This document shows, one piece after another, positions 36,302 to 43,261 of a stretch of DNA of 56,830 bases. Position 1 is the first letter of the stretch. Every line of letters begins with the position of its first letter. Made by a program: the position numbers and the translations under genes. Below the pieces are notes generated by a model that worked only from the letters and a program-made list of their open reading frames with translations, was not told the origin of the DNA and made no database searches. This stretch comes from a virus (lineage: Duplodnaviria; Caudoviricetes): positions 1 through 56,830 of the IMG/VR virus record IMGVR_UViG_3300025872_000066, one strand, 5' to 3'.

Positions 36302-36586
36302 TTATGCGAATGAAAAATGCCGCTTACCAGATTGCGGCGACGGTGTTGAGCCCCGTCGGTTCGCCTTGCCCGCCCGGCTCGGAGGCTCGGCCATACGTCG
36401 CATCACCCACCGACAATAGGCAAGGAGTGGCGGCACCGGGAGATCATCCCGGCCTCGTACTCTCGGCGCGCTTTCCGATTTCCTTAGTCGCGTCACTTGC
36501 CGCCGTCGCTCCATCAAATGTCGTTCACGCATAACCACGCGATACAGCGGACTCGCGAGAGCGTCGGTTGGTTTGTTCATGGTCAT
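36302..36586 (-). CDS. cassette C ORF (Arg-rich; may be non-coding)
   Basis: ATG inside attC3, stop TAA inside the GCATAAC box. Confidence 0.35.
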   Translation of the reverse strand: MTMNKPTDALASPLYRVVMRERHLMERRRQVTRLRKSESAPRVRGRDDLPVPPLLAYCRWVMRRMAEPPSRAGKANRRGSTPSPQSGKRHFSFA

Positions 36587-36618
36587 AGGTCGCGGGCCGC
36601 TGATCGCTGGCGTTCTAT
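36529..36618 (-). repeat. attC-like site 3
   Basis: ATAGAAC...GATCAGCGG...CCGCTG(T)ATC...GTTATGC with one extra-helical base. Confidence 0.75.
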
Positions 36619-36827
36619 TACTCGCTCCAGCCACACCACGCGCATTGACCAGTAGCAACGACAGGACTCCAGTTCTCTCGCCCTCGCTCGCCGCAGCACG
36701 CATAGCACCGAACAAGAAATAGCCGGCCTTTGCTGTCCCGAAAGTTTGGCGACCGATCCTGCAACGTCATAGAGCCAGCGGATGCAGAAGACGGCTCGGC
36801 ACCGCCCTGCGTGTTATCATCGCTCAT
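36618..36827 (-). CDS. cassette B ORF, small Zn-ribbon protein
   Basis: MSDDNTQGGAEPSSASAGS leader, then RCYAC...REN...CAWCG. Confidence 0.65.
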   Translation of the reverse strand: MSDDNTQGGAEPSSASAGSMTLQDRSPNFRDSKGRLFLVRCYACCGERGRENWSPVVATGQCAWCGWSE

Positions 36828-36858
36828 AGTTCGCCGCCCCTGATCCTTGTCGTTCTCA
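36769..36858 (-). repeat. attC-like site 2
   Basis: TGAGAAC...GATCAG...CTG(C)ATC...GCTCTAT (GTT core mutated); close copy of site 1. Confidence 0.7.
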
Positions 36859-37116
36859 CTGCACCGTTTCGCAGCCTTCTGATGAACCGTTTCGCAGATC
36901 GCCTTCCTCTGGCCGCAAACCCAGATCGCCACTCGTTTCCCACTCTGGACGCAACCTGATGAGCAGCGACAGCAGGATGCCGTAGTCCCCCATGCAGGCG
37001 ATTCGGCCTTCGACCACAACGTATTCCAGCGCGTCGATCTCGGCCTCTGACAGCCCGTGAGAACCAGCGGATGCAGGAGACGGCTCGGCACCGCCCTGCG
37101 TGTTGTCAGTGTTCAT
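36856..37116 (-). CDS. cassette A ORF, hypothetical
   Basis: MNTDNTQGGAEPSPASAGS leader; stop TGA inside TGAGAAC. Confidence 0.65.
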   Translation of the reverse strand: MNTDNTQGGAEPSPASAGSHGLSEAEIDALEYVVVEGRIACMGDYGILLSLLIRLRPEWETSGDLGLRPEEGDLRNGSSEGCETVQ

Positions 37117-37147
37117 CGCTCGCCGCTCCTGATCCTTGTCGGTCGGT
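37058..37147 (-). repeat. attC-like site 1
   Basis: GATCAGGAG...CTCCTG(C)ATC...GTTCTCA; the R'' AAC is degenerate (ACC). Confidence 0.7.
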
Positions 37148-37374
37148 CATGTCTTGTCCTCCTCGTTGGCCCACAGCAGCGCAGCCTGCTCATCCCAGCA
37201 GTCAGCACGCCCAATGTCGAACCAGTGGGGGAAATGCCGCAGCACAGCCCTCGCCTCCTGGCGTACCTCTCGGCGGATCCCCTTGATGCCGCCCTCCACG
37301 TAGACGTTGGAGAGCCGCACCAGGAAATTGCGGGCGAGGAGGACCGCCAGCGTTCGTTCGCATGGAAGGGTCAT
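37147..37374 (-). CDS. conserved small protein (MT.P.ERT.AV...FL...LRHFP family)
   Basis: MTLPCERTLAV, ARAVLRHFP. Confidence 0.7.
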   Translation of the reverse strand: MTLPCERTLAVLLARNFLVRLSNVYVEGGIKGIRREVRQEARAVLRHFPHWFDIGRADCWDEQAALLWANEEDKT

Positions 37375-37637
37375 GGCCAATTCGGGTACAGCAGCACGCC
37401 GCACCGCGTCTCCTGGTCCAGGACCTCAACCGCAGCCGTCCGCGGGAACTCGCCGGAGATCAGGGCACAGATGCCATCAAACGGCATCTTCGCCAGCATC
37501 TCCGAATGCTCGTCGCAGTAGGTCTGGATCGCCGCGTGATCGCAGGCGAACCCAGGATCGCCATCGCCGCAGTTGACCCACACCCGCAGCGTGAACCGCG
37601 GCGTGCTGACGGCCACCATGTTTTCCCTAATCTTCAT
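37371..37637 (-). CDS. hypothetical protein
   Basis: ATG 37637 after AGGAGG; ATGA overlap. Confidence 0.65.
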   Translation of the reverse strand: MKIRENMVAVSTPRFTLRVWVNCGDGDPGFACDHAAIQTYCDEHSEMLAKMPFDGICALISGEFPRTAAVEVLDQETRCGVLLYPNWP

Positions 37638-37696
37638 CGCGGACCTCCTTGCTATCGCGGACCACCAACTCTTCCCCTGGGACGTCTCCCCAGGAG

Positions 37697-38287
37697 TCAA
37701 CCAGGATCTTTCGGAGCCTTGCGACCTCGGCCTCTAGGCGTCGGATCGCACTTGTCAGCCGGCGGTTCTTCGCCTCGGAAGCCGCCAACGTCTCCTTCCA
37801 CCCACTGCAGGGCGTCTTGCCTGAACAGGATGCTGCACAGCTCGTCTGCGTGTCGCAGGTGCTTGCTGGGTGCGACGAGCGTGGGCACGTTGAAACCACG
37901 CATGGAGTCCCAGACGGTCTGCTCGGTCCAGCTTTCGTCCTGGTCAAGGACAGAGAGCCAGACCCAGGCTCCGGTGTGCTGGGAGATGTAGATCCAGGCG
38001 AATGGTTTTCCACGGCTGAGTCCGTTCAGGTCGTCAACGAATACTGTGGGGTAAGGGAAGTCATCCGGCCCTGTGAACTGCAGGCTGCGAACCTTGATCT
38101 CCAGGGACACGGCCGCCACGGCGTCTGGCGTCGGGCAGAAGTCCTTCTTGGGATTGTGGTCTGGCAGTACGAGCTTGACCCCGTGCGCTATAGCGAGCCC
38201 ACGGTCGCGCTGCGTCTCCACCCACGCCTTCTCCGCCTTGTGGGCAATCTTTAAGACGCTCAGAAAGCGGTCTTTCGTCCAGGCCAT
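37697..38287 (-). CDS. PD-(D/E)XK-type nuclease-like protein
   Basis: AE...TPD...LEIKVRS; GGAGG RBS. Confidence 0.6.
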   Translation of the reverse strand: MAWTKDRFLSVLKIAHKAEKAWVETQRDRGLAIAHGVKLVLPDHNPKKDFCPTPDAVAAVSLEIKVRSLQFTGPDDFPYPTVFVDDLNGLSRGKPFAWIYISQHTGAWVWLSVLDQDESWTEQTVWDSMRGFNVPTLVAPSKHLRHADELCSILFRQDALQWVEGDVGGFRGEEPPADKCDPTPRGRGRKAPKDPG

Positions 38288-38774
38288 TGCCCCTCCATGT
38301 GCTGCGAACGTCCGCGGCTCTCGCCGCCGCTTCCTGCGGATGGACGTCCTCTTCAGTCAGGTCTTCCCACAGCTCCGTGCTGAGGGGCTCCGTGCGCCGA
38401 ATGGTCGATGCCATGCGGGCACACTCTTCAACAGCGTCAACCGTGACGGCGAAGGCCGCTGCGATCTCGGCGTACGTCCGTTCCGGGTAATCCAGAGACA
38501 GGACCATCAAACGCTTGGTGGTAGGGAGCCCGTGCCGCTTCAGCAGCATGGTCATCCGCTTGCCGACTTCCTCGCTCAGCTCCAGCTCCCCCCACACCTT
38601 CCGCGGCGGCTCCTGGTTGATCACCACCCGGCGATACAGCACTGGCGCAACGGCCAGAGGAACGCCAGCCGAACCAACCCTTAATTCGTTGCCACCAAGT
38701 TTGCACGGCCTCATCCTTCTCCTCCTCCATGGGTTCAAACGGGAACACTTCATCCAGGTGAAACAGGTCAGCAA
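38061..38774 (-). CDS. HTH-containing hypothetical protein; boundaries uncertain
   Basis: TYAEIAAAFAVTVDAV HTH-like segment. The ORF 3' end overlaps the next gene by more than 200 nt. Confidence 0.45.
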   Translation of the reverse strand: MLTCFTWMKCSRLNPWRRRRMRPCKLGGNELRVGSAGVPLAVAPVLYRRVVINQEPPRKVWGELELSEEVGKRMTMLLKRHGLPTTKRLMVLSLDYPERTYAEIAAAFAVTVDAVEECARMASTIRRTEPLSTELWEDLTEEDVHPQEAAARAADVRSTWRGNGLDERPLSERLKDCPQGGEGVGGDAARPWARYSARGQARTARPQSQEGLLPDARRRGGRVPGDQGSQPAVHRAG

Positions 38775-38782
38775 TCTGTTCT

Positions 38783-40297
38783 TCAGTTACGGACAAGAGC
38801 ACGCCGTCTAGCCTTCTCTTTGGCGAAGAAGGAGCGCTGCCATCCGGCGAGGCTGCGGTTTCTGAGGGCCCATTCGATGTAGTCATCGTCAACCTCTCCC
38901 ATCGTTCGACCGGCGTACCGCCCACGCAGCGGCACCCGGTACTCCGAGATGTCTTTCTTGCGACCGTCCAGCGAGACGTCGCGGCCATGCACCTTGCCGC
39001 CGGCCTGGCCTTCCATGCCCTTCAGCCCGGCTTCGATCAGCTTGGCCTTGCGGACGTCATCCGCGGCCTGCTCCAGCAGGTCAGCCGGATCCTCGGCCTC
39101 AGCGTCATCATCGGCTGCACGCCTGCGGGCCTCGGCCAGGACCTCACGTGGCGTTCCTTCCTCAGCGAACATGTCCACGCCCGTGCGGATGGAGTGGTTC
39201 TCCACGCTGTCGGTGACGTCAACAATCTTGAACCAGGGCTTCTCGCTCGCAGCGATGGCGGCAATCCGTGCCGCGGGCGTGTTCTCCGCACCATCCACCA
39301 CACCAGGCAGCGGGCGAGTGGCACGCCCCCAAATCTGCAGGGCCAACGTCCGGCTCTTCGTCGGCCGGAACATGAAGATCGTCTGCGTCAGCGGAGCGTC
39401 GAAGCCCATGGTGGCGATCTGACAGTTGCACAGCAGGTCGATCTCGCCGGCCCGGTACTTGTTGATGATCCGGTTCCGCTCGTCCTGGGTCTGCAGGTAC
39501 TCGTTGCCGCAGATCCACGCGGCCCGCATGCCGTAGTTCTTCTCAGCCATCTCAGCGAGAGCGCGGGCGCTGGCCACGCCGGGGAGGAAAGCGATGGCCG
39601 CGCCAACGCGCTCCCGCTGGATGGTGAGGCAGAACTGATGAAGCCTGGAGCTGACGCCGATCACCATCTCCAGGTCGGCAGCGGAGTAGTCGCCTCCGGT
39701 CACCTTGACCTTGCTCAGGTCCAGGTCGGCACACTGAACGACACGGGCTCGGGGCGGCACGCACCAGCCGTCCTTGATACCCTGGGCCAGGCCGTAGTCG
39801 AACGCCACGTGCTGGTAGAACTTCATCAGCGGCTTGCCGTCCATCCGGAACGGCGTGGCCGTGAAGCCGATGACGATGGCTCCGTTGGCCTGGAACTCCC
39901 GGAGCATCTCCAGAAACGGCTCTGAGAACTGCGTGTGGGCCTCGTCTACGATGACCAGGCGAACGCCCAGAAGCCTCTTGTAACGCTTCTCTTTGCCGGC
40001 CAGGAGCGTGTTTCGGCAGGCCACCGTGACGCGGTTGCCGCCCGCCCAGGAGCCGGCCATCTCAACGTCCGTGTACTCCTCCGTGATTCGGTCGGCCGTG
40101 TCAGCCGCCTGCCAGACCAGCTCCCGCATGGGGGCGATGATCAGGATCTTGCTGTTGAACAGCATCTTGGCGAGCAGCGAGAAGATCACCGTCTTCCCGG
40201 CGCCCGTGAACAGGACACACAGGATGGCCGTGAAACCCTTCGCCGTGGCGTCCAGAATCGCATCGCAGCACTGCTGCTGGTAATCCCTTGCCTGCAT
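38783..40297 (-). CDS. superfamily 2 (DExH) helicase
   Basis: RDYQ, TGAGKT, VDEAH, GFTATP, TMGFDAP, QIWGRATR; GGAGG RBS. Confidence 0.92.
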   Translation of the reverse strand: MQARDYQQQCCDAILDATAKGFTAILCVLFTGAGKTVIFSLLAKMLFNSKILIIAPMRELVWQAADTADRITEEYTDVEMAGSWAGGNRVTVACRNTLLAGKEKRYKRLLGVRLVIVDEAHTQFSEPFLEMLREFQANGAIVIGFTATPFRMDGKPLMKFYQHVAFDYGLAQGIKDGWCVPPRARVVQCADLDLSKVKVTGGDYSAADLEMVIGVSSRLHQFCLTIQRERVGAAIAFLPGVASARALAEMAEKNYGMRAAWICGNEYLQTQDERNRIINKYRAGEIDLLCNCQIATMGFDAPLTQTIFMFRPTKSRTLALQIWGRATRPLPGVVDGAENTPAARIAAIAASEKPWFKIVDVTDSVENHSIRTGVDMFAEEGTPREVLAEARRRAADDDAEAEDPADLLEQAADDVRKAKLIEAGLKGMEGQAGGKVHGRDVSLDGRKKDISEYRVPLRGRYAGRTMGEVDDDYIEWALRNRSLAGWQRSFFAKEKARRRALVRN

Positions 40298-40405
40298 GTT
40301 GCCTCCTCCTTCGGCGTGGGCCTCGGGGCGGCGTCCTGCCAGCCCCGGGCCCGCATCCATGTCTCGCCGTCCACCCTCCTGGTGAACCCTTCCCTGAGTG
40401 CCCTC

Positions 40406-40735
40406 CTAAAACGGGGACGAGGCCTCCGCCTTCTCCCGCGAACCAAGCAGCGTCAGCTCGCGGACGTCCAGTCCACAGGCCTGACGCTTCACGCCATCCT
40501 TCTCGTACTCCCGGCACTTCAACTGGCCGGTCACCGCCACCTGCTTGCCGCGGGTCAGGTACTCAGCCACCTTCCCGGGACGCCACAGGTCGCAGTTCAA
40601 AAACAGCACCTCACCGTCCTTGCGGCCGTTGACGGCGATGGCAAACGCGGCCACCTCCGACTCACCCACCTCGCGGACCTCGGCATCCCTGGTCAGGTTG
40701 CCGGTGAACGAACAGCTATTCAGCGACGCCATCAC
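40406..40735 (-). CDS. ssb: single-stranded DNA-binding protein
   Basis: GNLTRDAE, YLTRGKQVAVTGQL, C-terminal PF. Confidence 0.9.
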   Translation of the reverse strand: MMASLNSCSFTGNLTRDAEVREVGESEVAAFAIAVNGRKDGEVLFLNCDLWRPGKVAEYLTRGKQVAVTGQLKCREYEKDGVKRQACGLDVRELTLLGSREKAEASSPF

Positions 40736-41385
40736 GCACCTCCAAACTTGGTATTCACGTACTCCGAAACACGGTCGTAGACCGACTGGTCGCAGACCTT
40801 CTCACTCACACGCAGCTTGACCAGGTCCAGGATGGGCTTGGCCGCATCCCGGTCCTTGGCCTTGTCGATGGCCTTGCGGGCCTTGTCTTCGATCTCCAGG
40901 CCACGGCTCAGGGCCTGCGGGCTGGACGCCTTCGTCCGCGTGACGGGCATGGCCTTCTGGGCATCGTCATCGTCCTCAGCCCACGCACCTACCAGGCCCA
41001 GGAGCAGGTACTTCTTGGCGTACGTGTACGCCGAACCCAGGCTCTGCATGTCCTGCCGCTGGTTCCCCTCCTTGTCCGTGCCCAGGAACACCGGGCACAG
41101 GCTGGTGACGAACTCGCCGCTGTTGTGCCGCAGCGTTCCAACGGCAATCCACTCGCCGCCAACGCGGGTCAGGCAGACCTGCGGCAGGATGAAGCCAGCC
41201 TCATTCAGCGGCTCACGCAATGCCTCACAGATGTCGGAGTACCGCATGTAGCGGTACTTGCCGAACTTGTTGTCGCCGCCCTTTTCGACGGCCGGGAACT
41301 TCGACTGGGCCTTGACGAGCGCCGCCACCAACTTGGTGGTGTCGGGGCTCGTTGTCAGACCTGGCAATCCATGGTCAATCATCAT
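40732..41385 (-). CDS. ERF-family ssDNA annealing protein
   Basis: ALVKAQ, QSLGSAYTYAKKY, EDDDDAQ. Confidence 0.88.
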   Translation of the reverse strand: MMIDHGLPGLTTSPDTTKLVAALVKAQSKFPAVEKGGDNKFGKYRYMRYSDICEALREPLNEAGFILPQVCLTRVGGEWIAVGTLRHNSGEFVTSLCPVFLGTDKEGNQRQDMQSLGSAYTYAKKYLLLGLVGAWAEDDDDAQKAMPVTRTKASSPQALSRGLEIEDKARKAIDKAKDRDAAKPILDLVKLRVSEKVCDQSVYDRVSEYVNTKFGGA

Positions 41386-42263
41386 GCCTCTCCTCCTCTG
41401 AGAAACGCTGGGAACTCCAGCTCACACTCCTCGTCATCCTCCGGGCTGCTGTAGACGCCCAGCTCGCGTCGCAGCCGGATCTGATCCAACGTGACCCGGA
41501 TCTGCTCGCGGGCCTGCTCCACCAGCTCCTCTGGCAGCGTGAACACACGCACGCCATGAGGCTTGCTGGTCTGGGCAAAGACAAACTTCAGCGAGTGGTG
41601 ATCCCACCCGCACGCCATAGCAGCGTCCACGTACCAGGCAGCTTGCCACAGGTAGCCGTAGTCAACGCAACTGCGCCAGAGCTGCTTCCAGTCGCTACTG
41701 GTGGTCTTGAAGTCCCACAGGTAGTCGGGCGTTACGCCGTCCGCGAGGCCCTTCCGCTGGTGGCCGGCGGCATCGACATGCCGGAAGGCAGCCTGCATGT
41801 CCGTTGTGGCTTCCAGGATCGCAGCAGCGGCCGGGTGCCGTGTGACGTTCCTGATGATCCGCTGCAGCCTCCACCAGTCAGCGGCAGTGAGGATCGACTT
41901 ATCAAGGTTGTCGGCCACCCAGTCGGTGTACGCCTTTCCACGGCGGGCCCCGTTGGAAAGCACTTCCTCCGGCACCACCGCCAGATGGTCCTCCAGAGCC
42001 ACCCCCGCCACCACCATGGGGATCGCCCGGTCAACCAGCGATCCAAAGTCCGTGGCGGCGTTACCGCTGAACAGTTGTTCCCCATTATCCAGGGCCTCCT
42101 GTGCCAGCGGCCCGCCACGGAAGACGGCGTGAGCGTACGACCGCGTGAAGTGTCCATCGTCACGGCGGTACGCCGCGTCGATTTCGGCCTGGTTCAGCAG
42201 GGCCTTGCCGGAATCAAGCTGCGCAATGCAGCCAGGCGTATAACTACCAGTGGCTGTGACCAA
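41382..42263 (-). CDS. RecE/exonuclease VIII-like PD-(D/E)XK nuclease
   Basis: FGSLVD, KGLADG, WDFKTT, YGYLWQAAWY; adjacent to ERF. Confidence 0.8.
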   Translation of the reverse strand: MVTATGSYTPGCIAQLDSGKALLNQAEIDAAYRRDDGHFTRSYAHAVFRGGPLAQEALDNGEQLFSGNAATDFGSLVDRAIPMVVAGVALEDHLAVVPEEVLSNGARRGKAYTDWVADNLDKSILTAADWWRLQRIIRNVTRHPAAAAILEATTDMQAAFRHVDAAGHQRKGLADGVTPDYLWDFKTTSSDWKQLWRSCVDYGYLWQAAWYVDAAMACGWDHHSLKFVFAQTSKPHGVRVFTLPEELVEQAREQIRVTLDQIRLRRELGVYSSPEDDEECELEFPAFLRGGEA

Positions 42264-42439
42264 GTGTCGCCTCCCTCAGCAGGACAAGAGCCTTCTGAGG
42301 GTGGCCGATGACCAGCATGGTCACGGCCGCCGCCACGCAAGTGGCGGCAATGGCAAGGGATCGCAGGCAGCTAGACAACTGAGCTAGTTGCCCGCGCCCC
42401 TTGACAAACCTCAGAAATGCGGAATTGTCGGGGTACATC

Positions 42440-43261
42440 ATGCTACTCACTGACTTTGCGAAACGCTACGCCAACCGCGTAGGGGCTTCTCCAGGCTATT
42501 TGGAGCAGCTTTTGGTGTTCACCAAGCGCCTGGACTGGCAGGTGGAGGAGATCACCACCGAAATGGTGGACTCCTACTTGACTGCCGCTCTGGGGGGTTT
42601 GAGCCCCAATACAGTCGCCAATCACCGCAGACTCCTCACAACCCTCATGCGCGAAGCTAATCGCACCGGCCTGAACACGTGTATAGCGAATGGATTCCGC
42701 CGCGTCAAGGTGCCTAGGCCGATCCCCAGGGCGCTGTCGCATGCGGAGATTCGTCAGGCAGTAGAAGCTGCCCGGCAGACGCCCGGTCATTTCCGTGACC
42801 TCCAAAAGTCCGACTTCCTTGTCGCCTGGTTCTTGACCGCGTATTCGCTAGGCCTGCGTGCGGGCGACCTAGTCGAAATCCGGTGGGATCAAGTACGTGG
42901 GCGGAAAATCTATCTGGGCCAATCGAAGACGTCAACTCCCCATGTCTCGCTTTTTACTGACGAGGCGTTGTGCGCGTGTAAGGCCCTTCCGAAGCGCACG
43001 CGGATCTTTGGGGACTTCGCTGCGCTCAACACAATCCAGCAGTGGGTGAAGGCCTGCATGGTGAGCGCAGGCCTGGATGCGTCAACGAAGTTCCTGCGAC
43101 GCTCAGCCGCGACATATGCCAAGGTCCAGGGCAAGTCGCCCAAGGCGGTGCTGGGGCATTTGACCGAAGGCCTAGCCGAAAGGCACTACGTCGATCAGCT
43201 GCTGTACGAAGAGGAGACTGGCCTGAACCAGGAGCCCCTGCCGTCCGTGATGGGCGCCTAG
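42440..43261 (+). CDS. tyrosine recombinase/integrase
   Basis: GLRAGDL (R), SKT (K), KFLRRS (HxxR variant), VLGH, RHY (Y). Confidence 0.88.
   Translation: MLLTDFAKRYANRVGASPGYLEQLLVFTKRLDWQVEEITTEMVDSYLTAALGGLSPNTVANHRRLLTTLMREANRTGLNTCIANGFRRVKVPRPIPRALSHAEIRQAVEAARQTPGHFRDLQKSDFLVAWFLTAYSLGLRAGDLVEIRWDQVRGRKIYLGQSKTSTPHVSLFTDEALCACKALPKRTRIFGDFAALNTIQQWVKACMVSAGLDASTKFLRRSAATYAKVQGKSPKAVLGHLTEGLAERHYVDQLLYEEETGLNQEPLPSVMGA

Larger units (their letters stand above)
36149..37147 (-). mobile_element. integron-like gene cassette array (attC cluster without an adjacent IntI)
   Basis: Three 90-bp imperfect palindromes with AAC...GTT-type ends. Each cassette's start box is the reverse complement of its end box, and stop codons sit in or on the R'' boxes. 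Confidence 0.7.

Noticed and set aside
36769-37147. Near-identical repeats as a CRISPR array or a DGR template/variable repeat pair
   Set aside because: Repeats are 90 bp with gene-sized spacers; no cas genes or reverse transcriptase; differences are not adenine-specific.
42401-42440. TTGACA upstream of the tyrosine recombinase as a promoter
   Set aside because: No acceptable -10 hexamer at 16-18 bp spacing.
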